In this document: positions 1 to 11,572 of the stretch, piece by piece | How the letters are laid out: each line of letters begins with the position of its first letter | Position numbering within the stretch: the stretch's first letter is position 1 | Assembly (NCBI GenBank): GCA_002269645.1 | Contig: NIVC01002145.1 | Span: 1-64,000 of the forward strand | Length of the DNA: 64,000 bases | Reading direction: 5' to 3' | Source of the DNA: Macrostomum lignano | Taxonomy: Eukaryota | Program-made: the position numbers and the translations under genes | The notes under the pieces: generated by a model | Told to the model about the DNA's origin: nothing | Database searches by the model: none | What the model saw: only the letters and a program-made list of their open reading frames with translations

Positions 1-227
1 TTTTAAAGTACTTTTTGTATAGAAAAAATCTCAAGAAAAAGTGGCGATCTTTCTAATTAGCTTGTCTCAATGCTCAATAAATCCAGTTAGATACTATTGC
101 ACAATTTTTTATAGTTGATGACGAAGCATTCACTTATGTTAAGAAAGGCATGGCTACTCTAGCTTTGTTTTAAAACTTAACTCGATAGAACTTTTAATCC
201 ATAAATATTTCGATCGATCCGCCTCAG

Positions 228-3200
228 ATGGGCCTACGCAAACGCGCACCTGTCTGGCCTGCACACCGGCTATTTAGCAGAGCATTCGCATTTAAAGACT
301 CAAATGGCCGCTATGCTGCTTACGCTGTTATTGACATAGCCATGATATCGCATCTGATCAAGTTTGTGGTAAGTTCTGCTTCGGATTGTAAATATAATCT
401 GCATATAAAGTTAATTTTATAATCCAGCGGCATTGACATAAATTTTCTCCTTTGATTGACAGGTGGGCAATCGCCTAGCAGCTGAGACTAACGGCCGCTA
501 CTCAGAGGCCAACGTGATGCTGTCGGCAACTCACACTCACGCTGGGCCAGGCGGCTATAATCAGGACCTGTTTCTGGTGCTTAACACTCCTGGCTTTGAG
601 CGCAAACACTTTGATTATATCGTTGATGGTATTGTGCAGGTTAGTTAGTTATTCTTGAATCTTGAATCTGCTAATTTCATTTGAAATTTCTTTAAAGTTC
701 GGCTTTATTTTTTTAATTGATCAGCTCCTTCCTTTGCCGTCATTTACCACCCCACCTCACGCCACGCCTTCATTCGCTGATTGGTTGTTTTATCCTTATC
801 TTTTATTTCCTATCCCCCCAGTGCACGCGCCAACCACCTCACGCCACTCTCGGCTCTCCCTGTTTTTTGATTGGCTAACAAGTAAGTCTCTCCTGTTCTC
901 TCTCCCTCCCACATCATTTCTCTTGTTCCCTTAATTCTGATTGGCTGTCAGTTGCATCTGCGTCTTTTCTCTCCTGTCAGCAAACATATGGCAGCCTTGG
1001 CGTCTCTTATTCTTCTTCTTGATTCCAGCTGGATTTGACTCGAGATATCAACCAAGCACTAGTCGTTACGTTCACACATTTGGATTGATTTATTTTCCAC
1101 GGATACGAGATACATATCCTGTTTAACACGCATGGTTTTTTTGGCGTATAGCGTGACTTGGCTTCTAAATCTAATTTACTTTTTCTCCCCCTCATTTCCT
1201 GTGCGCGTGTGCGAACTCGCGTGTAAAGGCGCAGAGCTTTTTTCTTGCCAAGCGTAAAAATAGGGCCTTCAGTAGCAGGTGAACTTACTGTATGCAGCAA
1301 ATCACACTTCAGTATAGCCACCTGGGACTGGCAGGAAAAGGATCTGTGTTTTTTTTCACAGTGCATGCAGTTGTAGTAGTCAGTCAGTTTATCCTGTCTT
1401 AATATTCCAATTCACCTGCACAGAGCATATTAACTGCCGATCAGAGAATGGCTCCGGCCAAGGTGTTCACAAATTCCGGGCAGCTGTACAATGCCAGCAT
1501 CAATCGGCATCCACATCAGTACCTGCTCAATTCAAAGGCCGAGAGAGCGCAGTGAGTTTAGACTGGCACTTGCCTGTTAATTTGGACTATCGATCTTCGT
1601 ACAAATACAGGCTCATCCGACCACTACCCAAACTTCTGTCTCCTTCAGCCAATCAAAATGCAGGCCCACCCGACCATTACCCCAGCAAGTGCCCCATCCA
1701 GCCAATCAAAATGCAAGCCCAAGCCCATCGACCATTACCCTAAATCCTGCCTCTTGGCCAATCAAAATGCAGGCCCATCCGACCACTACCTCACCCCTGC
1801 CCCCTTCAACCAACCAAAATGCAGGCCCATCCGACCATTACCCCAACCCCTGCCCCCTCCAGCCAATAAAAATGCAGGCCCATCCGACCATTACTCCAAC
1901 CCCTGCCCCCTCCAGCCAATAAAAATGCAGGCCCATCCGACCATTACCCCAACCCCTGCCCCTCCAGCCAATAAAAATGCAGGCCCATCCGACCATTACT
2001 CCAACCCCTGCCCCCTCCAGCCAATAAAAATGCAGGCCCATCCGACCATTACTCCAACCCCTGCCCCCTCCAGCCAATAAAAATGCAGGCCCATCCGACC
2101 ATTACCCCAACCCCTGCCCCCTCCAGCCAATCAAAATGCAGGCCCATTCCACCATTGCACCAACCCCTGTCCCGTCCAACCGATCCAAATGCAGGCAATT
2201 CATTGCTCTATTAATCCGCCCATCCGCAGATACGCCGACAACATTGATCGGGAGATGTTCCTGCTTAGATTTGATAACGCCGAGACTGGTCGGCCGATTG
2301 GTTCCGTGGCCTGGTTCCCTGTGCACGGCACCTCGTTAAACATGAGCAATCGCTACGTGAGCGGCGATAACAAAGGCGTTGCCAGTCTGTTAATGGAGAG
2401 CCACTTTGGCGACGGCTACGTGGCCGCGTTTCGCAGGCCCATTCGGGCGACGTGACGCCGAACACGAGGGGCGCCTTCAACGCTAAGAATGGGAGCAAGT
2501 GTGACTCGCCTATTGTGTCGTGCGTGCCCTGCGGCCTCTGGGTGGGCTAGATAATTCCAGATAAATTAATCATCTAATTAATTAATCAGCTAATGAATGA
2601 CCGAGACTAGCTAATGAATGACCGAGACTAGCTAATGAATGACCGAGACTAGCTAATGAATGACTGAGACTAGCTAATGAATGACCGAGACTAGCTAATG
2701 AATGACTGAGACTAGCTAATGAATGACTGAGACTAGCTAATGAATGACTGAGGCTAGCTAATGAATGACTGAGACTAGCTAATGAATGACTGAGACTAGA
2801 TAATGAATGACCGAGACTAGCTAATGAATGACTGAGACTAGATAATGAATGACTGAGGCTAGCTAATGAATGACTGAGACTAGCTAATGAATGACTGAGA
2901 CTAGCTAATGAATGACCGAGACTAGCTAATGAATGACTGAGACTAGCTAATGAATGACTGAGACTAGCTAATGAATGACCGAGACTAGCTAATGAATGAC
3001 CGAGACTAGCTAATGAATGACTGAGACTAGCTAATGAATGACTGAGACTAGCTAATGAATGACCGAGACTAGCTAATGAATGACCGAGACTAGCTATATA
3101 ATGACGAGACTAGCTAATGAATGACTGAGACTAGCTAATAATGACGAGACTAGCTAATGAATGACTGAGACTAGCTAATGAATGACCAGTACCTTTGAGC

Positions 3201-6200
3201 TAATGAATGAACAAGTCCTAATGATTGTAAATAAAACTTGACTGCAACAATCTTTTTTACAAAATCGCTTCAGAAGACGTTCGATTGCCGATCGAAGGGC
3301 CCGGGCAAGGACCAATTTGACAGCCTGATGATTATCGGCCGAAAGCAGTTCGAAATGGCCCTTGTAAGTGCCAGTTGTGCACCATTACTGTATTTAATCA
3401 GTCTCTTAGTTACTTACACGTACCTACGCCCACTCACTTCGCCTACGCTCGCTAATGTCTGCAATTGTCAAAGATTTTTTAGCCCAACAGTTATAGGGTG
3501 TAGCAATTAAAGAATGAACACGGTTACACGGCTCAAGAAAGTCATATCGAGCTCTGAAAAGAAAAAATATTGCAAGACCAAAATGTTTACAGAATGTTGC
3601 CAGTTATAGAATTTGAAGCATTTTGGCCTCTCTTATCTTCGGCCCTTAAATGTCCGAGTCGTAGAAAAAGCAGTGAGACGCTTGTTACTTAAGATTTCCC
3701 CCCCTCCCTAGAGATTTGCCCGCCCCCTTGAGATTTGCCCCCGCCCGAGATTTGTCCCCCTTGAGATTTGCTCCCTATGAGATTTGTCCTCTTCCCTAGA
3801 GATTTGCCTACTCGAGATTTGCCCCCCCCTTTGAGATTTGACCCCCCCCCCGAACTTTGCCCCCTTGAGTTTGCCCCCAATGAGATTTGCCCCTTGAGTT
3901 TTCCCCCCATTGAGATTTGCCCTCTCCACTTGAGATCACATTGAAATGCGCCTTCTCCCCTTGAGATTTGTCCTCTCCCCTTGAGATTTGCCCTCTCCAC
4001 TTGAGATTTGTCTTCTCCCCTTGAGATTTGTCCTCTCCCCTTGAGATTTGTCCTCTCCCCTTGAGATTTGCCCTCTCCACTTGAGATTCGTCCTCTCCCC
4101 TTGAGATTTGTCCTCTTCCCCTGAGATTGCCTTCTCTTGAGACTCTCCTACTAAGATCCCCCAGGCAGCTTTCAGAATCCCCCATATCTATCGCCATCCA
4201 GCCTTAGTTAGCTAGTCTTTTTGCGGATATTCTCGGGTTTGTTTGAAGCAATTTTCTTAGGGGATTTCTCCTGATCCTCATGGCCCAGAGCATAAGTGAG
4301 TGAGAAGTGGTTGGAGACTGACATCTCCTATAGCCTAGGTTGGAGTTATCGGATGGGGGAACATGATATATCCATTCTAGTTATCTTATATTACTTACAG
4401 ACCTATCTCATTTTGCTTGCTCATATATGCCGCTATATTTTGCCCTGGCTGTGCTATTTATAGAAACATGTTTGCAGCCGGGTGTGGCCACATGGGACTG
4501 CTATGTGATGCATGATTCTATTCAGTTTGAAAGCCTCCTAATTATGTTTTGATAATTATTTAGCAAAACAAAATAATGGCGCAGTTAACGAATGAGAGAC
4601 AGGAAGCTGTTGCTAGGGGCGCATAGCAGGAACGCTAGATATGGTTGCTAGGACCCTCTAGCAGAGGTATAACCAGGGTTACTAGTAGAAGCACCAGGGG
4701 TTGCTAGGGAAGGGACGCTATTAAAGATAAACCTGTAGTTGCTAGGGGCCAATTTCACTTGTTACGAGAGTATTATAAGCAATATGAACCCTCCCAATGC
4801 TATTTTCATTCCGTCCAGAAACTCCACCAGTCGGCAGCTGTTAGCGACCTGGTCGGCCGCGATCCCCAGCTAGCAACAGTTTACGACGTTCGCGATGTCA
4901 CCTCGGAGGCTTTCCCGACGCCGTGGACAGGCGAGGCTAACAATAGGGATCAGAACTCGCCGCCGCTGCTGCGCGTCTGCCCAGCTGCGTTCGGATACGG
5001 TTTCTGCGGCGGCACCGTTGACGGCTATGGCCTGTTTGACTATTTCACTATGGGCCGGCGCCAGTCTAGCGTATTGATTAACCTCATCAGGGATATCATG
5101 GGTCCCGTGACACCGGCTGATCAGGCCTGTCACGGCACTAAACAGATCTGCATGAATGCGGGTCGGGTGCGTTTGTAGGGCCTTTGTTGCCTTTGTCGCG
5201 CCTTTCCTGCCCTTTTCTGCACCCCATCCCCCGCCTTCTCCTCTCTGCACCCCCAGCCCACGCCTTTTCCTACCCTTCTCTGCACACTCACCCCACATAC
5301 TGCCATTCTCTGCACTCCCACCCCGTGCCTTTTCCTATCCTTCTCTGCACACTCACCCCACTTCTTATCCTGACCTGCCCTTCTCTGCACACCCACCCCA
5401 CGCTTTTTCCTGCCCTTCTCTACACCCAACCCCACGCCATTTTCCTGCCCTTCTCTGCACCCCACCCCACGCCTTTTCCTACCCTTCTCTGCACACCCAT
5501 CCCACGCCTTTTCCTGCCCTTCTCTGCACCCCCACCCCACGCCTTTTCCTACCCTTCTCTGCACACCCATCCCACGCCTTTTCCTGCTCTTCTCTGCACC
5601 CCCACCCCACGCCTTTTCCTGCCCCTTCTGACTTCTCTGCACCCAGCCAACTTAGCCTTCTTATAACTCCACTCTCGCATTCGAGGACGAACTTCATTCA
5701 TAGCTCAAAGCTAAGAATGTGTTTTAATAAAAATTTCAGATAATGTGGTCGGATATTCCATTTATGTCGAACACTGTGCCAACGCAAATCATGCGAATTG
5801 GACAGTTGTTTATAACGGCACTGCCGGCAGAGATGACCACCATGTCGGGAAGGAGGCTAGTTGAGCATTTGAAACGGGTGAGTTAATAAATTATATCGAT
5901 TAAAATATTGGTATTTGGCATGGTAGATCCTATTCACGTTTTGTAATCTAATATTACGAGTATCTCATTGGTGTTTTTTGTTGCAGACTTCAGGATTTCC
6001 AAAGAACGGAAAAGTCCAATTAAACGGCTTGTCCAATGGGTACTTCTTCTATGTTACCACCGAGCATGAGTACAATGTGAGCAATACAGTTATGATGAAG
6101 CTATCGGAGATTAAGTTACGTTCGTATTATTGTGGACTGAGGATCTCAGGGATTAGGGATCGCGATCATGGGATTAGAGATCAGGGATATGAGATTAGAA

Positions 6201-9200
6201 ATCGGGGATCATGGGATTAGAGATCGGGGATCATCGGATTAGAGATCGGGGATCATGGGATTAGAGATCGGGGATCATGGGATTAGAGATCGGGGATCAT
6301 GGGATTAGAGATCTGGGATCATGGGATTAGGGATTAGGTTTTAAGCTCGGAATATTATAGACTGGGGATCCTAGAATTAGGGATCGGGATCCCAGGATTA
6401 GGAATCGGGATCCTAGGATTAGGGATCGGGATCCCAGGATTAGGGATCGGGATCCTAGGATTAGGGATCGGGATCCCAGGATTAGGGATCGGGATCCTAG
6501 GATTAGGGATCGGGATCCCAGGATTAGGGATCGGGAGCCTAGGATTAGGGATCGGGATCCTAGGATTAGGGATCGGAATCCTAGGATTAAGGATCGGGAT
6601 CTCAGGATTAGGGATTGGGATTCGGGATCCTAGGATTAGAGATCGGGAGCCTAGGATTAAGGATCGAGACCTAAGGATTAGGATTACTGTCTAGACTTAG
6701 CACTCTTCGTGCCGCCTCGTAGGGCACATACTACGAAGCAGGCGCCACTCTGTACGGGCCCAACACGCTCGCCTACTACGCCTGGCACCTGGCCCGCCTC
6801 ATGTCGCACCTGCTGGGGACCGGCAGTCAGCCGCCACTCCAGCTGCAGGCCAGCGACGCCAATTTAGACAAGTCGCAGCGCCTGGAGCAGATCGCCGGCC
6901 AGCCCAATACTGGCTACGATTTTGCCGGCCTGACTGCCAATTTTGGTGATCCGCTTAATGCCACTAGGCGGGCCTATGCTCCGGTGAGTACGCTTCGCTG
7001 GTTTACCTTTCACTCCGCCTGTCTGTCACACTTATGGTTAGTTCACTCTCACTCCGCCTGTCAGACTCGTGGTTAGTTCACTCTCACACCGCCTGTCACA
7101 CTTATGGTTAGTTCACTCTCACACCGCCTGTCACACTTATGGTTAGTTCACTCTCACTCCGCCTGTCACACTTATGGTTAGTTCACTCTCACTCCGCCTG
7201 TCACACTTATGGTTAGTTCACTCTCACTCCGCCTGTCTGTCAAACTTATGGTTAGTTCACTCTCACTCTGCCTGTCAGACTCATGGTTAGTTCACTCTCA
7301 CTCTGCCTGTCAGATTCATGGTTAGTTCACTCGCATGTCTTTCACACTCATGGTTAGTTCACTCTCACTCTGCCTGTCAGATTCATGGTTAGTTCACTCT
7401 CACTCTGCCTGTCAGACTCATGGTTAGTTCACTCTCACTCTGCCTGTCACACTTATGGTTAGTTCCCTCTCACTCCGCCTGTCAGATTCATGGTTAGTTC
7501 ACTCTCACTCCGCCTGTCTTTCACGCTCATGGTTAGTTCACTCTCACTCCGCCTGTCTTTCACACTCATGGTTAGTTCACTCTCACTCCGCCTGTCTTTC
7601 ACACTCATGGTTAGTTCACTCTCACTCTGCCTGTCAGACACATGGTTAGTTCACTCTCACTCTGCCTGTCACACTCATGGTTAGTTTATTCTCACACCGC
7701 CTGTCTGTCATACTTATGGTTAGTTCACTCTCACTCCGCCTGTCACACTTATGGTTAGTTCATTCTCACACCGCCTGTCACACTTATGGTTAGTTCCCTC
7801 TCACTCCGCCTGTCAGATTCATGGTTAGTTCACTCTCACTCCGCCTGTCTTTCACGCTCATGGTTAGTTCACTCTCACTCCGCCTGTCTTTCACACTCAT
7901 GGTTAGTTCACTCTCACTCCGCCTGTCTTTCACACTCATGGTTAGTTCACTCTCACTCTGCCTGTCACACTTATGGTTAGTTCACTCTCACTCCGCCTGT
8001 CTTTCACACTTATGGTTAGTTCACTCTCACTCTGCCTGTCAGACTCATGGTTAGTTCACTCTCACTCCGCCTGTCTTTCACACTCATGGTTAGTTCACTC
8101 TCACTCCGCCTGTCTTTCACACTCATGGTTAGTTCACTCTCACTCCGCCTGTCTTTCACACTCATGGTTAGTTCACTCTCACTCTGCCTGTCTTTCACAC
8201 TCATGGTTAGTTCACTCTCACTCCGCCTGTCTTTCACACTCATGGTTAGTTCACTCTCACTCCGCCTGTCTTTCACACTCATGGTTAGTTCACTCTCACT
8301 CCGCCTGTCTTTCACACTCATCGTTAGTTCACTCTCACTCTGCCTGTCACACTTATGGTTAGTCCACTCTCACACCGCCTGTCTTTCACACTTATGGTTA
8401 GTTCCCTCTCACTCCGCCTGTCTGTCACACTGTCTATCACTCCCCCCTCCTGTCGCACTTAGGGTGAGTCGGTGCAGCTGAGCTTCATCTCGTGCAATCC
8501 GCGCAACTCTCTGGCTTTGCGCGGCCATTCATTTGTGCTGGTGGAGCGGTACAGCGAGCGGCTGCACCGTTGGATAGTTGCCAGCACAGACTCGGGCCTG
8601 TATACCAGGTTAGTTAGCGCTTTCTATTTACTGTTTAAAATCTTAATAGCTATAAACCTAAATAGACAATCGCTCCTCATCTAAATAGACAATCGGCCCT
8701 CACCTAAATAGACAATCGCTCCTCACCTAAATAGACAATCGCTCCTCACCTAAATAGAGAATCGCCCCTCACCTAAATAGACAATAGCCCCTCACCTAAG
8801 TAGACAATCGGCCCTCACCTAAATAGACAATCGGCCCTCATCTAAATAGACAATCGGCCCTCATCTAAATAGACAATCGGCCCTCATCTAAATAGACAAT
8901 CACCCTCACGTAAACAGAGAATCGGCCCTCACCTAAACAGAGAATCACCCTCATCTTAAAAAGAGAATCGCCCTCACGTAAACAGAGAATCAGCCCTCAC
9001 CTAAACAGAGAATCACCCTCATCCTAAAAAGAGAATCGCCCTCACGTAAACAGAGAATCGGCCCTCACCTAAATAGACAATCGGCCCTCACCTAAATAGA
9101 CAATCGGCCCTCACCTAAATAGACAATCGGCCCTCACCTAAATAGACAATCGCCCCTCATTTAAATAGAAAATCGGCCCTCACCTAAATAGACAATCGCC

Positions 9201-10195
9201 CTCACGTAAACAGAGAATCAGCCCTCACCTAAACAGAGAATCACCCTCATCCTAAAAAGAGAATCGCCCTCACGTAAACAGAGAATCGGCCCTCATCTAA
9301 ATAGACAATCGCCCCTCACCTAAAAAGAGAATCGCCCTCACCCACCAAGCCAATCGCCCAAACACCGCCACTTCCAACTCGCAGATTCCGCTGGTATCCG
9401 CAAGCTTTCTTTCAAAGCGTTGCCAGGGTAACTTGGACCATTCCGGCCGGCCAGCAACCGGGCGACTATCGGATCCGGCACCAAGGCCACTGCCGGCCAC
9501 TCATGTCCGGAATGCTGGCCGCCGATGTCCGGCCATTCAGTGGAGTGTCCGGCCGCTTTCGCGTGCTTCCAGACGGACTTTGGCAGCCTGGTAGGTTAAA
9601 AATATTGGGCTTGAGTGACCGGGCTTGTGTGTTGTCACCACTACCACCATCTGCTCAGTGTGCTGCCACCATCTGCTCAGTGTGTTGCCACCGTCTGCTC
9701 AGTGTGCTGCCACCGTCTGCTCAGTGTGCTGCCATCGTCTGCTCAGTGTGCTGCCACCATCTGCTCAGTGTGCTGCCATCGTCTGCTCAGTGTGCTGCCA
9801 CCGTCTGCTCAGTGTGCTGCCACCGTCTGCTCAGTGTGCTGTCTGAGCAATGCAAGATACAAAACCTGTCTACCTGGCGGGGGGGGGGTTCGTGATAAAG
9901 CAAATCAAATTTCACTTCCATTGGACGAAATCTGCTTAAATTAAACTGGCGTTCTACAATTTCGAAATTCAAGGCAGTTTCTGTTTCTCAATTCGTTTCA
10001 GGCAAATCCTTGATGGAGGAGCCTGGCTGGGCTCAGCGGGACTCAAATCTTCAGCTCAGCTTGAGCGTCAGTCCAGCAGCAGCAATGACCGCAGATGCAG
10101 CTTCAGCTCTCCGCTTCTGGCCGAGTCTGCTGCTGACAGGAACGAATTTCTGCTCCTGCATGCTGTTAAACTATTGCTTCAGCATTGGCTTATAG
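228..10195 (+). CDS. ASAH2: Neutral/alkaline non-lysosomal ceramidase (ASAH2/CDase family), 5' end outside window; carries indels
   Basis: Exons by GT-AG and phase: 228-368, 463-639, 1424-1551, 2230-2541, 3274-3363, 4819-5166, 5740-5877, 5987-6076, 6723-6983, 8463-8608, 9385-9590, 10002-10195. Family motifs: RLFSRAF, SATHTHAGPGG, INRHP, PVHGTS, SGDNKG, GDVTPN, CPAAFGYGFCGGTVDG, PAEMTTMSGRRL, GLSNGY..YVTT..EY, YEAGATLYGPNTL, CNPRN, WTIP..QQPGDYRIRH.G. One uncompensated -1 shift at 2431/2432 and a compensated +1/-1 pair at about 234/267. Confidence 0.93.
1610..2200. repeat. 52-53-bp minisatellite, ceramidase intron
   Basis: Unit about CCAGCCAATAAAAATGCAGGCCCATCCGACCATTACTCCAACCCCTGCCCCCT. Confidence 0.9.
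2588..3200. repeat. 21-bp minisatellite
   Basis: GCTAATGAATGAC(C/T)GAGACTA. Confidence 0.95.
3690..4135. repeat. About 20-bp minisatellite
   Basis: CCCCTTGAGATTTGTCCTCT and variants. Confidence 0.9.
5190..5645. repeat. About 34-bp C-rich minisatellite
   Basis: CCTTCTCTGCACCCCACCCCACGCCTTTTCCTAC and variants. Confidence 0.9.
6140..6680. repeat. 21-22-bp GATC/TTAGGG-containing minisatellite
   Basis: GGGATCATGGGATTAGAGATCG, then GGGATCCTAGGATTAGGGATC. Confidence 0.9.
7005..8430. repeat. 36-40-bp minisatellite
   Basis: ATGGTTAGTTCACTCTCACTCCGCCTGTC(TTT)CACACTC. Confidence 0.95.
8655..9340. repeat. 23-bp minisatellite
   Basis: ACCTAAATAGACAATCGGCCCTC. Confidence 0.95.
9630..9845. repeat. 22-bp minisatellite
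   Basis: CTGCTCAGTGTGCTGCCACCGT. Confidence 0.9.
10002..10195 (+). CDS. Candidate extra terminal exon of the ceramidase (Ser/Ala spacer plus hydrophobic tail)
   Basis: Phase-1 donor G|GTAGGT at 9590/9591 joins the TTTCAG acceptor ending 10001 in frame: GKSLMEEPGWAQRDSNLQLSLSVSPAAAMTADAASALRFWPSLLLTGTNFCSCMLLNYCFSIGL*. Confidence 0.6.
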
Positions 10196-10494
10196 TTAAT
10201 AACTGAAATGTATTACTCGTAGTAAACTAGCACTTTATCCAGAGTTGCCATGCAGAGTCTGGCTGTGAATCCCGTCTCGTTCTTGAATTTTTATAACAGA
10301 GATTTTTCTAGCTCATAAATATCTTCATACCGCAAAGTATCTGCACTTTTCTAAACCGTCTTTGTCACTGCCGTGCCGTGTGCGCGCGACCCCTGTGAAA
10401 GGTTGGAAGCTTTCCTTTTATTCTAGCACTAAATTCGCAATATCTCGAGTTCGTTTTTCTTAGAAATGAGCTGGATTAGTATGCTCTCGAGAGA

Positions 10495-11572
10495 CTAAAT
10501 ACTCGCCCCTCACCTAAACTGACTCGCCTCTCACCTAAATACTCGCCCCTCACCTAAATAGAGACTCGGCTCTCACCTAAATACTCTCCCCTCACCTAAA
10601 TAGAGACTCGCCTCTCACCTAAATAGAGACTGGCCCCTCACCTAAATTGACTCGCCTCTCACCTCAAAACTCGCCCCTCACTTAAATAGAGACTCGCCCC
10701 TCACCTAAATTGACTCGCCTCTCACCTCAAAACTCGCCCCTCACCTAAATAGAGACTCGCCCCTCACCTAAATAGAGACTCGGCTCTCACCTAAATAGAG
10801 ACTCGCCTCTCACCTAAATAAAGACTGGCCCCTCACTTAAATTGACTCGCCTCTCACCTCAATACTCGCCCCACACCTAAATACTCGCCTCTCACCTAAA
10901 TAAAGACTGGCCCCTCACCTAAATTGACTCGCCCCTCACCTAAATACTCGCCCCACACCTAAATACTCGCCTCTCACCTAAATACTCGCCCCACACCTAA
11001 ATACTCGCCTCTCACCTAAATACTCGCCCCTCACCTAAATACTCGCCTCTCACCTAAATACTCGCCCCTCACCTAAATACTCGCCCCTCACCTAAATAGA
11101 GACTCGCCTCTCACCTAAATAGAGACTCGCCCCTCACCTAAATAGAGACTCGCCCCTCACCTAAATACTCGCCCCTCACCTAAATAGAGACTCGCCCCTC
11201 ACCTAAATACTCGCCCCTCACCTAAATAGAGACTCGCCCCTCACCTAAATAGAGACTCGGCCCTCACCTAAATACTCGCCCCTCACCTAAATACTCGCCT
11301 CTCACCTAAATAGAGACTCGCCTCTCACCTAAATAGAGACTCGTCCCTCACCTAAATAGAGACTCACCCCTCACCTAAATAGAGACTCACCCCTCACCTA
11401 AATAGAGACTCGCCCCTCACCTAAATACTCGCCCCTCACCTAAATAGAGACTCGCCCCTCACCTAAATACTCGCCCCTCACCTAAATAGAGACTCGCCCC
11501 TCACCTAAATACTCGCCCCTCACCTAAATAGAGACTCGGCCCTCACCTAAATACTCGCCCCTCACCTAAATC
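10495..11572. repeat. 19/23-bp minisatellite related to 8655-9340
   Basis: ACCTAAAT(AGAG)ACTCGCCCCTC. Confidence 0.95.

Noticed and set aside
1865-2081. Repeated AATAAA in the 53-bp intronic unit as intronic poly(A) sites
   Set aside because: Downstream sequence is C-rich and lacks GU/U-rich elements; no evidence of use.
2453-2455. In-frame TGA as possible selenocysteine or read-through
   Set aside because: Conserved ceramidase sequence continues in another frame from 2432, so this is an indel, not recoding.
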